Shown here piece after piece: positions 25,125 through 33,771 of a DNA stretch of 45,402 nucleotides; positions within the stretch are counted from its first letter, which is position 1; each line of letters opens with the position of its first letter. The notes beneath the pieces are model-generated. The model was given only the letters and a program-made list of their open reading frames with translations. It was not told the DNA's origin and searched no databases. The translations under genes and the position numbers were made by a program. The DNA lies in IMG/VR virus record IMGVR_UViG_3300039454_000092; one strand, written 5' to 3'. Source of the DNA: a virus.

Positions 25125-26920
25125 GCCGCCTGTGGCATACCTGGCGCGCCGCCGGGAACGTCCGGACCGTTGCCCAGCATCGCCGCCAACGCGTTCTGGC
25201 CGCCGCCCACCTGGGTTTCCGACAAGGTTTTCGCCGTATCGCCGGCTTGCTGAAGGGCCGCCATCTGTTGCTGCGCCTGCGCCATCCGCCCGCGCTGGGC
25301 CCTGATCTGCGCCACCGCCATCGATGCGCGGATCACGCGCGGCGAGACGTTCAGCATCTCCGCGTACTCATCGACCAGCTCGTCGCGATCGATGTTGTCC
25401 CACGAGGTGCTGGCGCCGCCGGCTTGCGCCGTCGCGATATCGCCCGCCTGGAGGTGACCCACGAACCCGACCAGCTGTTCCAGCGCCGCCGTCGAGGCCG
25501 CGCGCTGGGCAACCGCGAGCATGGACACGTACTGCACTTGCAGCGGCCGACCGTGGATTTCGCGGGGTGCGGGAGGCAGAAGCCCACGCCGTCCCATGAT
25601 CGCGAAGACCCGATCGAGTTCCGGGTCCAGCCCTTCATTCTGGTTCCGTTCGAGCACCGGCCCGAGCAACGTCAGCTTTTCCTCCTGCCGGCGCGCGACT
25701 TCGAACGCGGTCATGTCCTTTTCCGTGTCCGAGATCATTTGCCACAAGCCCGCGAAAAACGTGTCCTTGATGCGGGCTTCGACCTGTTGCCGGCTTTCCT
25801 CCATCGCGGTTAGGTCCGGCTTGACCTCATACACCGGGGCGATCCCCGACCCGGCGTTGCTCATGTCGGGAACGTACGTCACGCCACCAGGCAGCAGCAC
25901 GGCCGGCTGATTCTTCAGGCTGACGTGCGCCTTCAGCGGCGGGTTGACAGACTTGTCGATGGCCTGTGCGGCGCGTCGCTCCATCAGCTGCAATTGCTTG
26001 ATGCTGCCCAGCGCATCCATGCCAGGCGAGCGACCATAGGCATCGTTCCCCGCGAGGTCCCAGCGCGGTGCGGAGAATGGTTGCTCGTGATAGCCGCCGA
26101 TCCGCAGCACGCCTTGCTGGCTGTTGCCGCTTTCCCAGTATGCCTCGCGCCACTTGAACCGCGATGGCACCACCTTGCCGCCGACGCGCGAGTCGTTCGG
26201 TTCGATGACGTGGGCGACCTTGACCTCGCGGCCGAGGCTGGCGCCGCCGCTCTCGAACAGCTTTTGCACCGAAGCGGAGCAGGCACCCTTGCCGAACCGG
26301 GTCACCAGCTGTGACACGCTCATCGTGAACTCGCGAATCATGCCGCCGATCCGGAGCGTATCGTCGTTCCAGAGGTAGTATTCTCCCGCGCACGGATTGG
26401 TGCAGCGGATTACATCGTCGCAGTCTTCGTCGATGATCATCGGTGCCGTGCCGAAAACCACGAGGTCAAAGTACTGTTGCGCCTTGGCACTGTAGTAATT
26501 CGACCCGCCCAGGACACGCAGCATACGCTTTTCGACTTCATCGAGCCACAGCTTGACCGGTGACGTGTCCGCCACGTCCATATCCGGAATGGACAGCTTG
26601 AACCATGGCCTACCGGATGACGTTGTGCCTTCCTTCAGGCCCGCCGCACAGTTCCTTGCCGCCGAGGTGCCGGTGTTGTTGATGATGTGCTGGTTCAGGG
26701 GCACGCCGCGCGAGAGTTCATTCGGCGTAACCAGCCATCGATAGCGACGTGGCAGGATGTACTCCGCGATCTCGCGCCAGTGCACCCACCACGTGTACCG
26801 AAGCGTGCGTTCGCCGATGAGCCGCGACTCGGCATGCTGGACGAACTTCTGGACCTCGGGCCCGCGCAAATTCGGTGCGGTCCATGGCCCCGCGATGACG
26901 TTGCGACGGGTGGTTGCCAT
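25121..26920 (-). CDS. Portal (head-to-tail connector) protein
   Basis: The product is 599 aa. The N-terminal motifs YTWWVHWREIAEYILPRRYRWL and INNTGTSAARNCAAGLKEGTTSSGRPWF are typical of T7 gp8-type connectors. It sits in the terminase-to-scaffold position. Confidence 0.8.
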   Translation of the reverse strand: MATTRRNVIAGPWTAPNLRGPEVQKFVQHAESRLIGERTLRYTWWVHWREIAEYILPRRYRWLVTPNELSRGVPLNQHIINNTGTSAARNCAAGLKEGTTSSGRPWFKLSIPDMDVADTSPVKLWLDEVEKRMLRVLGGSNYYSAKAQQYFDLVVFGTAPMIIDEDCDDVIRCTNPCAGEYYLWNDDTLRIGGMIREFTMSVSQLVTRFGKGACSASVQKLFESGGASLGREVKVAHVIEPNDSRVGGKVVPSRFKWREAYWESGNSQQGVLRIGGYHEQPFSAPRWDLAGNDAYGRSPGMDALGSIKQLQLMERRAAQAIDKSVNPPLKAHVSLKNQPAVLLPGGVTYVPDMSNAGSGIAPVYEVKPDLTAMEESRQQVEARIKDTFFAGLWQMISDTEKDMTAFEVARRQEEKLTLLGPVLERNQNEGLDPELDRVFAIMGRRGLLPPAPREIHGRPLQVQYVSMLAVAQRAASTAALEQLVGFVGHLQAGDIATAQAGGASTSWDNIDRDELVDEYAEMLNVSPRVIRASMAVAQIRAQRGRMAQAQQQMAALQQAGDTAKTLSETQVGGGQNALAAMLGNGPDVPGGAPGMPQAA

Positions 26921-26923
26921 GGC

Positions 26924-27133
26924 TTACTGGCCCGTCAGGCTCTTGCCGGGGTAGCGCACGCCAGCATCCACGCCAGCGGGCCCGGTAAGGATCGTGCTCG
27001 ACAGTCCGGCCATTTGCGCGGCGTTGGTGCGGTATGCGGCGCCCGCCTTCTGCACGTCCGCCGACGATAGGCTCGGAGGCGGAGGCGGAGGCGGGGGCAC
27101 CGGAGGTGCCGCCGGCATCTTGGGCGATCCCAT
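26924..27133 (-). CDS. Small proline-rich protein upstream of the portal
   Basis: The product is MGSPKMPAAPPVPPPPPPPPSLSS...TILTGPAGVDAGVRYPGKSLTGQ. The gene ends 1 nt before the portal RBS region. The longest ORF extends to 27238. Confidence 0.5.
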   Translation of the reverse strand: MGSPKMPAAPPVPPPPPPPPSLSSADVQKAGAAYRTNAAQMAGLSSTILTGPAGVDAGVRYPGKSLTGQ

Positions 27134-27195
27134 GAGCGTGTATCCTAAACCGTTGTTTTGACCGCGCACGCGCCGCATTGCACGATGCGCGCGAG

Positions 27196-27384
27196 ATGAG
27201 CGACGCACAGCAACAGCAAGAAGCCATCGAGAAGGCATGGCGCCTGTTGAACCTTCAGGCCGACAGCATGCTGAAATTTCAGCAGACCCGAACCGAGGTC
27301 TGGAAAGTGGTTGTCGCAGGCATGGCCGCCGGGGGTGCGTTGGTTGCTGGCACCGCCGCGCTGTTCAAGATTTTCAACCCGTAG
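27196..27384 (+). CDS. Opposite-strand tail-anchored small membrane protein (paralogue of 14503-14712)
   Basis: The product is MSDAQQQQEAIEKAWRLLNLQADSMLKFQQTRTEVWKVVVAGMAAGGALVAGTAALFKIFNP. The longest ORF starts at TTG 27178. A TTGACC-N17-CACGAT element lies at 27158-27186, which would make the mRNA nearly leaderless. Confidence 0.6.
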   Translation: MSDAQQQQEAIEKAWRLLNLQADSMLKFQQTRTEVWKVVVAGMAAGGALVAGTAALFKIFNP

Positions 27385-27401
27385 TCGGTTAACCCCACAC
27401 C

Positions 27402-27836
27402 TCAATCGCCCACCAGCCGCGCGACCATCCGTGGCCCGCGTTCGCCGACCTGGTGCCACCACTGCGAGGCACGCAGCTCCGCCGCCGCACCAGCCCAGTC
27501 CTGTTGCTCCATCCGCGCCAGGAACCGGCGGAACGTCGAGAGCGTCGGCCAGCCCATGTTGAACGTCAGGTTGACCATCACCCGTTGCCGTGCTGGTGGC
27601 AGCGTCCGCCACCACGGTATGAAGTGATCGAGGTCCGCGACCGCTTCGTCCACATCGTGCTGAAACATCGCTTCGCACTCGGCGGCCGTGATCCCGTTCG
27701 AGGTCAGGTTCCGGCCGATGCCGATCGAGGCATAGCCGCGCGAGTCGACGTAGAGCCGAAGGTTGCGCCCTTCATCCACCGTCAGTTCCGCCTGGAGCGC
27801 ATCCCAGCCGAACGTGTCGTGTGCGGTCCCGCTCAT
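27402..27836 (-). CDS. Endolysin, T4-lysozyme-like (GH24 muramidase)
   Basis: ELTVDEGRNLRLYVDSRGYASIGIGRNL matches the T4L catalytic region (E-x8-D-x5-S/T, IGIG). The start at 27836 is in an ATGA overlap. There is no N-terminal TM or SAR segment. Confidence 0.9.
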   Translation of the reverse strand: MSGTAHDTFGWDALQAELTVDEGRNLRLYVDSRGYASIGIGRNLTSNGITAAECEAMFQHDVDEAVADLDHFIPWWRTLPPARQRVMVNLTFNMGWPTLSTFRRFLARMEQQDWAGAAAELRASQWWHQVGERGPRMVARLVGD

Positions 27837-28219
27837 GACAGCCTGACCCGGACCTCGGACGTACTCGGACGGTCCCGCAGCTGCGCAGTCCTGATCCGCA
27901 GCCCCGCCAGCATTTGCGCAATCGCGTTGGCATAGCCGGCATGCATCGTGGCCGAGACGCACGTGCCCGCATTGTGCAGCAGCGCGACAACCGCGTTCCA
28001 CCGCACGTCGTACAGCTCCGCCCCGATATCGCCGGCCGACTCCGAGGCCGCGATCATGGCAGCGGACAGCGCCGAGCACGCCAACGGCAGCGCAAACACC
28101 GAGGGACGGCCCAACTCATCAAGCGGTAGCGCGCGCAACCGCGCGACGCGTTCCGCGCATTTCTCCGCCAATGCCAGCCTTGCTTGCAGGGCTTCGAAAT
28201 GCTCACTCGCGCGGCTCAC
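27833..28219 (-). CDS. Hypothetical protein
   Basis: The 128-aa product is coupled on both sides by ATGA overlaps. Confidence 0.55.
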   Translation of the reverse strand: MSRASEHFEALQARLALAEKCAERVARLRALPLDELGRPSVFALPLACSALSAAMIAASESAGDIGAELYDVRWNAVVALLHNAGTCVSATMHAGYANAIAQMLAGLRIRTAQLRDRPSTSEVRVRLS

Positions 28220-28494
28220 GCCGCTCCGCCGGAAACACGCATCGGTGGTTGCGGCCCGATGACATCAAACGCCCCGCCGACGCTCTCGCGGTGCGGAAGG
28301 TCAGTGCCGTGCTCCGCCTTGTGCGTGCGTAGCTCTTGCTCGCGTTTCCAGATGGCGTGATCGCGATCCGCTGCCCAAATGAACATTTCGATCTCGCGGG
28401 CGAACGTCCTGATCTGATCGCGCGGAACGCCCCATTCATTCGCAGCCCGCAAAGCGCGCAGCCGAATTTTCTGCGCTGTCGTCAGCTCCATCAA
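28216..28494 (-). CDS. Hypothetical protein
   Basis: The 92-aa product has an ATGA overlap with the terminase stop. Confidence 0.55.
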   Translation of the reverse strand: MMELTTAQKIRLRALRAANEWGVPRDQIRTFAREIEMFIWAADRDHAIWKREQELRTHKAEHGTDLPHRESVGGAFDVIGPQPPMRVSGGAA

Positions 28495-30095
28495 AACCGT
28501 CCTGTAGGTAAATGCATCGACTCAAACGGGTCATAGTCACCGCGCATGCCGCGGTCCGGCGCGTACCCCGGCCGGCCAGCTTCGGAGAGCGGGCGCGCCG
28601 CGACGGGGTAGGCAAAAGTTAGAGCCAGCGCGTCCACATCGTCGGGCGACGCCAGGCCGCGCACCTTCATGTCCCGCTTGCTTTCGAGCAGGATCGCGTC
28701 GCGACCGTTGCTAATGACGTACGTGTATTGCGTCCCAGTCAGATTGGCGCGGACTTCCGGATCGTCAGGGATGGCGCCACCCGCGAGCCAATCCCGCAGG
28801 TTGCCCCACATCTCGGCCCGCTTGTTGGCGTAGGCAGGCCGTTCCTCGGAAAACGACAGGCGATCCGCTTTCGCCCCGAACTGGACTTCCACCACATCCA
28901 CACCGAGTTGGCGCAGCCGATCGACCACGCCACCGCCGACGCCACCGCCATCGACGAACACCGCGTTCGCGTTCCACTCGCGGGCACAGTCCGCCACGCG
29001 ACCCGCGAGCTGCATCGTATCGACACCGCGCATCCTGATCGGCGGTATCGTCCGCGCGTCGCGTCCCTTGCGCGCCCAGATCACCGATTGATCGCCACCG
29101 TAACGGGCGACGTCGACCCCGATCACCAGAGGATCAGTCAGGATCGCCGCGACCTCGCGCGAGCAGGCATCGTGCACCAACTCGCTTGGGATGAACTGCA
29201 TCGAGCCGGAGCGCGGGAACATCCCGCGCACGCGCACCCTGAAAAAATCGTGGTCCTCGCCATAGAGGCTCAACCACTCGGCAAACAGCGCCTTATTCGT
29301 TCCGGGGACGGTGCGAGCGTCGATTTGACGGCCGTACCAACGATGCTTCTCACGTCCGAAACATTCCGCGAACCGTCCAGTCGGTTCGGTCGGATTGCCC
29401 AGTGCGAGCCAGACGATTTCCGTGTTGGCGTCGGTAAGCGATCCCTCGGACGTTTCCCAGACTTTATCCGCGATGCCGCTTGCCTCATCGAATAGCAGCA
29501 CGAGCCGCCGGCCGACGTTGTGCAAGCCCTGGAACGCGACGAGATTGGTGATCGACCAGGTAACCGCGTCGCAGCGCCAGTTGCGCTCATGACCCGGGAC
29601 CACCGAATGGATCGTGTGGCCCAACACCCTGAACATGTCGCGGTTGATAGCGAGGCCCGCCCACTTCACGACTTCCGGCCACGTCCGCGTTTCGAGCTGC
29701 GCCTTGGTATTCGCGGTGATGAGCGTCCGCGCATCCACCATGGTGGAAAGCGACCACCAGATGAGCCACGACAACACGGCCGATTTGCCGATGCCGTGGC
29801 CTGACGATACCGCCTTCAGGACTGGCATCATGGCCTGGCCAGGTTCGTATCCCCGCGCCAGCCGAGTGCCGATGTCCGCGAGCACATCCGCTTGCCAATC
29901 GCGCGGGCCCGCCTCGCTTTGGAGATCGCCAGCCTCCCCCCACGGGTAGGCGACTTTGACGAAACCAAGCGGATCGAGCTGGTAGCCGGCCAGCAGGCTG
30001 GCCAGCCGATCGAGGTCAGCCGTCGCCGCTTGCTGCACTCGCCTTGCTCCGCCGCGCTTCGAGGGCTTCCACCAAGCGGCCGAAGCCAAGGTCAC
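28491..30095 (-). CDS. terL: Terminase large subunit
   Basis: The product has Walker A VSSGHGIGKSAV and Walker B RRLVLLFDEASGI. The C-terminal nuclease region contains VIGVDVARYGGD. The start is a GTG and its position is uncertain; the gene overlaps the 3' end of the small terminase ORF. Confidence 0.9.
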   Translation of the reverse strand: MTLASAAWWKPSKRGGARRVQQAATADLDRLASLLAGYQLDPLGFVKVAYPWGEAGDLQSEAGPRDWQADVLADIGTRLARGYEPGQAMMPVLKAVSSGHGIGKSAVLSWLIWWSLSTMVDARTLITANTKAQLETRTWPEVVKWAGLAINRDMFRVLGHTIHSVVPGHERNWRCDAVTWSITNLVAFQGLHNVGRRLVLLFDEASGIADKVWETSEGSLTDANTEIVWLALGNPTEPTGRFAECFGREKHRWYGRQIDARTVPGTNKALFAEWLSLYGEDHDFFRVRVRGMFPRSGSMQFIPSELVHDACSREVAAILTDPLVIGVDVARYGGDQSVIWARKGRDARTIPPIRMRGVDTMQLAGRVADCAREWNANAVFVDGGGVGGGVVDRLRQLGVDVVEVQFGAKADRLSFSEERPAYANKRAEMWGNLRDWLAGGAIPDDPEVRANLTGTQYTYVISNGRDAILLESKRDMKVRGLASPDDVDALALTFAYPVAARPLSEAGRPGYAPDRGMRGDYDPFESMHLPTGRF

Positions 30096-30342
30096 CGGTC
30101 ACCGGCAACGCGGGGCGGCCCCAACCGCGATCCAGGATTTCACGCGCGGCCGAGACGACAGCCGCGTCCGGCGCGTGCTTGCTGCGAATCACGCGCACCA
30201 GCGCGGCAAACGCTTCTGGCGTGTGCGCGCGCGCGAGGCTCTGGAGTTCGACGGACGCTTTACTTCGGCCCGTCGGATTGCCCGACTGGCCCTTTTGCCA
30301 GCGGCTAGCGGGCGGGTTCGGCTTCGGTCGCGATGCTGGCAT
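30016..30342 (-). CDS. Small terminase-like protein (DUF5681-type)
   Basis: RWQKGQSGNPTGRSK matches the conserved (F/W)xKGQSGNPxGRPKG opening of DUF5681 proteins, which sit upstream of large terminases. Confidence 0.65.
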   Translation of the reverse strand: MPASRPKPNPPASRWQKGQSGNPTGRSKASVELQSLARAHTPEAFAALVRVIRSKHAPDAAVVSAAREILDRGWGRPALPVTGDLGFGRLVEALEARRSKASAASGDG

Positions 30343-30529
30343 GCTCTTTCCGACGCGCGGTTTCCTCGGCGATGGCTTCGCCGAGCGATCGCAGCGCGCG
30401 TTCCACTGATCCCGGCGACGGGCGGAAATCGTAAAACCCGCCGCTGCGTATCAGCACGCGTTCGATCTCATCCAGGCGACGCTCGCACTCGGCTATGCGC
30501 GCGTTCGCCAGCGTGTTCCCACCATCCAT
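30305..30529 (-). CDS. Hypothetical protein, first gene of the late operon
   Basis: The internal ATG at 30529 has AAAGGG upstream. The 74-aa product is helical. The longest ORF extends to 30670 through the divergent promoter region. Confidence 0.45.
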   Translation of the reverse strand: MDGGNTLANARIAECERRLDEIERVLIRSGGFYDFRPSPGSVERALRSLGEAIAEETARRKEHASIATEAEPAR

Positions 30530-30670
30530 ATTCGCAAGCCCTTTGTGTATGGTGATACCGCACGCACACGCGACGCGGCGGAACATTGTGAGAATATGGG
30601 TTGCGGTAGTGGACGTGCAACGTAAATACCGAGTGTGCGATTGACAGTTCAGCGACGAGAGGAAACACAA
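30530..30670. promoter_or_regulatory. Divergent control region (late operon leftward, early operon rightward)
   Basis: This is a less GC-rich intergenic region. The minus-strand candidate is TTGCAC (30620-30615)-N18-TATTCT (30596-30591). The plus-strand candidate is TTGCGG (30601-30606)-N16-TAAATA (30623-30628). These are hexamer matches only. Confidence 0.3.
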
Positions 30671-31003
30671 ATGACCAAACTAGTTGGCGCGCCCGACGCC
30701 GGACCGAAGACCATCCCACACGTGGCGACGCCTGATCTGATGCTTAGCCTTGCGCGCGTCATCGACGCGGCGTTCAACGGACCGAAGTCCGCCGCAGCGC
30801 TTACCAAGGCGATCGGCCCGCAGCCTCACCAGGCTACGACCGGCTTTATCCTCATCGTCGATTACACACCCACCGGCTTGTGTCAGATGGCGACGACGAT
30901 CGAGCGGGAACGCGCCATCGAGGTCTTACGCCAGCAGATCGCCCAGATCGAGGGCGCGCAAATGGGCCCCGGTATCACCAGCGCGGGGAATAGCGCACAC
31001 TGA
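30671..31003 (+). CDS. Hypothetical protein
   Basis: The ATG is preceded by GAGAGGAAAC. The product is 110 aa. Confidence 0.55.
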   Translation: MTKLVGAPDAGPKTIPHVATPDLMLSLARVIDAAFNGPKSAAALTKAIGPQPHQATTGFILIVDYTPTGLCQMATTIERERAIEVLRQQIAQIEGAQMGPGITSAGNSAH

Positions 31004-31101
31004 TGTAGACGGTCGCGGCAAGCAGCGAGGCCGCGACGACCACGGCCGTGGCGATGACGATCAATCCCATGTCTGCCACCATGTTCGAGGGGGGAAAGAC
31101 G

Positions 31102-31440
31102 ATGACCGCCCTGCGCCAGCGCTTGCTACTGATCCGCGAGCTGTTGGACGTGGTGAGGGGCGGTATGCCGTTCGTTATGGTGATCGACGCCGGCAGCCAC
31201 GGGATGCGTGTCATGTCCGACCAGCCACGCGACTGCGACGTTGTGCTGCTGATTGCGGACCACGATCGGGCGGACAGTGACAAGGTGACGCTCGCAGCGA
31301 CGGTTGATGAACGCGAGACCGTGATGTTGCTGCTTCGCCAGTGTCTCGCAGAGTTGGAAGCAGAGGATCAGCTGGCGTGCCGGCCGGATGGCCGACGCCG
31401 CGACGAACGAAAGCGTAAGACCGAGGAACCGACGGAATGA
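31102..31440 (+). CDS. Hypothetical protein
   Basis: The ATG is preceded by GAGGGGGGAAAG. The 112-aa product has a basic C-terminus. Confidence 0.55.
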   Translation: MTALRQRLLLIRELLDVVRGGMPFVMVIDAGSHGMRVMSDQPRDCDVVLLIADHDRADSDKVTLAATVDERETVMLLLRQCLAELEAEDQLACRPDGRRRDERKRKTEEPTE

Positions 31441-31721
31441 GCGATGAGCCTCCGCTGGCCGACTTCCCCATCCCAAGCAGGCGAGTCAGCTTCGTCTATG
31501 AGGAATTCGCCGGACTCACAAAGCTACAGGTGATCATCCTCAATAAGGAGGACGGTGCGAGCTATCTTTTCGCCGAGCGCGGCGCAGATAGCGTCGATTA
31601 CCACGGCACGATGAACCCAATGCAGGCATTCGACATGCTGACCCTGATCATGCCATCACTCGCGGCCAACTTCCGCAAGCCTAAGCCTCATACCCCACCG
31701 CCGGATAAAGCATCTCCGTAG
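31437..31721 (+). CDS. Hypothetical protein
   Basis: The 94-aa product has an ATGA overlap with the upstream gene. The stretch is noticeably less GC-rich. Confidence 0.55.
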   Translation: MSDEPPLADFPIPSRRVSFVYEEFAGLTKLQVIILNKEDGASYLFAERGADSVDYHGTMNPMQAFDMLTLIMPSLAANFRKPKPHTPPPDKASP

Positions 31722-31953
31722 CCGCATCGATCAGCCCACGCGTCACCGCGAGCGAACGCGGCAGCGATCTGATCTCGACGACCACCGAAGGCTTGCCATC
31801 GCCAGCCTTGTGCGTGACAGCGCGTTCCCAGAGCACCACCACCACCGACGGATTGTCCGCGATCACCTGGCGCGCCAGCTCGTGAATCGCATCGGACATT
31901 GTGAGATCGTCGCCGGCCTCACTCGACTCGACGACCCGCAGCGAGCGCGTCAT
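31681..31953 (-). CDS. Hypothetical protein
   Basis: The 90-aa product starts at an internal ATG in an ATGA overlap with the upstream gene. Its 3' end overlaps the convergent plus-strand gene by 41 nt. Confidence 0.5.
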   Translation of the reverse strand: MTRSLRVVESSEAGDDLTMSDAIHELARQVIADNPSVVVVLWERAVTHKAGDGKPSVVVEIRSLPRSLAVTRGLIDAATEMLYPAVGYEA

Positions 31954-32405
31954 GTCGCGTCCGCCACCAGGTTCGCCGCGAAGGTGTGTGGCGCGCGCGT
32001 CGCGTATGTATGCTCGGCTCGCAGCGTTTCGAGCAGCACGCGGTTGACGCCCTTCGCGGCCAAGGCTTCCACGAACGCGTCCACATCGAGGATGCGACGC
32101 GGTGCATTGACGCCGCACGTGATCTCGACCACATCGCCCGCGTAGACGAGCGCGTGCGTGCCTGGTGGCAGCGGATTTTTCTCGACGTTCGGGATCACGC
32201 CGACTTTGGCCGCATGCTCCATCGCCCGCTTTTTCCTGGCATCCGCGAGCCGCGACAAATGCTGCGCCACATACAGTTCCCACGCAGCCGGTTCGCTATT
32301 CGCCCGCGCGCGTGGCATCGCGGTTTTGCCGGCCGCGCCGATCGCTGCAAACGCGGTGTTGATCGCGATTCCCTTATCGGTGACGCGCGTCAGGGATAAT
32401 GCCAA
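31950..32405 (-). CDS. Hypothetical protein (first gene of a leftward two-gene operon at the switch region)
   Basis: The product is 151 aa. It has a TTG start with GGAG 8 nt upstream. Confidence 0.55.
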   Translation of the reverse strand: MALSLTRVTDKGIAINTAFAAIGAAGKTAMPRARANSEPAAWELYVAQHLSRLADARKKRAMEHAAKVGVIPNVEKNPLPPGTHALVYAGDVVEITCGVNAPRRILDVDAFVEALAAKGVNRVLLETLRAEHTYATRAPHTFAANLVADAT

Positions 32406-32567
32406 TGTAGAGTCTCCAATTGATCGCGGTGCGCGGCACGTCGCGCGGGACGGTTCCCCCCGTCCGCGCGCGACGCGCTCACTCGTGGCAGCACGCCGCG
32501 CGCCGCGATCACCCCGCGGGCCCGCGCGATCGTTGCGTGCATGTGGTTGAATTTCCCACTAGGTGAC

Positions 32568-32590
32568 AAAAAACCGGCCTCTCAGGCCGC
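32568..32590 (-). terminator. Intrinsic-terminator-like hairpin plus T6 on the minus strand, with no upstream ORF
   Basis: The minus strand reads CGGCCT-GAG-AGGCCG-G-TTTTTT. This corresponds to plus-strand A6 at 32568-32573 and a stem at 32575-32580 / 32584-32589. Confidence 0.45.
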
Positions 32591-32694
32591 TCTCAGGGCG
32601 CAAAACCGTCAGCAGCAATCCAAATTGACGGCTGCTCGCAGGGGCGATTTCGTGCCACTTTCGTGATCGTTTAACAGGTACGTGATCGAAATAT

Positions 32695-32727
32695 CGCTTG
32701 ACTCATCAGGGCGAACTGCCCTATAAC
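32695..32727 (+). promoter_or_regulatory. Promoter-like module with an embedded palindrome (copy 1)
   Basis: CGC-TTGACT (32698-32703)-N18-TATAAC (32722-32727) is a sigma70-like match. The spacer contains AGGGC-gaact-GCCCT. It lies 47 nt upstream of the ATG at 32774. Confidence 0.5.
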
Positions 32728-32773
32728 GTTCTTACCGCAGCGAACCCCGCTGCCCTCACTGGAGAACACACCG

Positions 32774-32986
32774 ATGCCCTACAGCGCCGCAGACCTCATC
32801 CTTTGCCGCTCCGATGAATGCGACGGCGGATGGTCGCTCCATGCCCCAGGTTCCACGGATGACGAAATCGCGTGCGGCGATGCGCCGCCCCTGCTCAGCG
32901 GCCCATCCGACTGCGACCCTGTAACCGGTCGCTGGCTGCGACCGAATGCAGAGGATTACTTGCTCGCCGCATGCCAGGAGGATTGA
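32774..32986 (+). CDS. Hypothetical acidic Cys-containing protein
   Basis: The product is 70 aa. GGAG lies 9 nt upstream of the ATG. Confidence 0.55.
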   Translation: MPYSAADLILCRSDECDGGWSLHAPGSTDDEIACGDAPPLLSGPSDCDPVTGRWLRPNAEDYLLAACQED

Positions 32987-32989
32987 GCC

Positions 32990-33478
32990 ATGCCACCCGA
33001 CGCCGCCACCATGCTGGCCACCGTCCGACGCATTGTCGGACGGAGGCACCGCATCACGCGCGACGAAATGCGCACCATCCTGCTGACACTGCAAACCGAC
33101 GGCCTCATTGAACTCGACAATGGCTGGGCGGAAACCGCGTACGTCGCGGCACACCAACGCTGGCAAGCGGAACAGGAAGCGCGTCGCGTCGCGCGCGAGG
33201 AGCGTATGCGCCAGCTGCTACGCGCCGACCCGTTGACCGACGTGCCGCCCGAAGTGTGCGCCGATCCGCTGGCCGACCTGCCGCAGATCGAGGGCCCGGC
33301 GCCAGACCCAACGCTTGACGACTTCGCGGACGCGTGGCTTCGCGCGTGCACGGAATCAATGTGGTCTCACTTCTGGGCGAGGGCGAGTCGGCCGCAGCAC
33401 GTCACGCGAGCAGCAATCCAGGATCAGTGCGCTACGACCAGCCAGGCAGCATGCATCCACAGTTGCGCGCTACCGTGA
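32990..33478 (+). CDS. Hypothetical protein
   Basis: The 162-aa product starts 4 nt after the previous stop. It has a helical, charged middle region. Confidence 0.55.
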   Translation: MPPDAATMLATVRRIVGRRHRITRDEMRTILLTLQTDGLIELDNGWAETAYVAAHQRWQAEQEARRVAREERMRQLLRADPLTDVPPEVCADPLADLPQIEGPAPDPTLDDFADAWLRACTESMWSHFWARASRPQHVTRAAIQDQCATTSQAACIHSCALP

Positions 33479-33594
33479 TGTTCGCGATCGACCACCATGC
33501 TTTGCACGATTACTCGTGGCTCCGCGAGCACGCGCGACGCTTGCTGCTGGTGCCCGACCGAAGCTTTCACGACCTACCGGTGCGGTGGGGATGA
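33478..33594 (+). CDS. Possible 38-aa coupled ORF
   Basis: A TGATG overlap joins it to the upstream stop. The product is MFAIDHHALHDYSWLREHARRLLLVPDRSFHDLPVRWG. The alternative start is ATG 33451. Confidence 0.3.
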   Translation: MFAIDHHALHDYSWLREHARRLLLVPDRSFHDLPVRWG

Positions 33595-33666
33595 GGCCGA
33601 TCACTCCCGCAATTGCGAGAGTGACCGGAGCACCGACCGGTGACGGAAACGAGCGCATTGCTACGC

Positions 33667-33771
33667 CGCTTTTATGAGGCCGACGGTTGGCCGCCGGATA
33701 TGGGATGCGAACCCCTCGACTGCTACGCCAAATCGCACGCTTTTATGAGGCCGACGGTTGCCCGCCGGATA
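33667..33771. repeat. Two 34-bp direct repeats (one mismatch), 71 bp apart
   Basis: CGCTTTTATGAGGCCGACGGTTG(G/C)CCGCCGGATA occurs at 33667-33700 and 33738-33771. Each copy is preceded by CTACGCC. Each contains the imperfect palindrome CCGACGG-ttg(g/c)-CCGCCGG. Confidence 0.85.

Noticed and set aside
32756-33166. A 136-aa minus-strand ORF that could have explained the orphan terminator at 32568-32590
   Set aside because: It has poor protein-like composition and no RBS. The plus-strand ORFs here have RBSs and 4-nt spacing.
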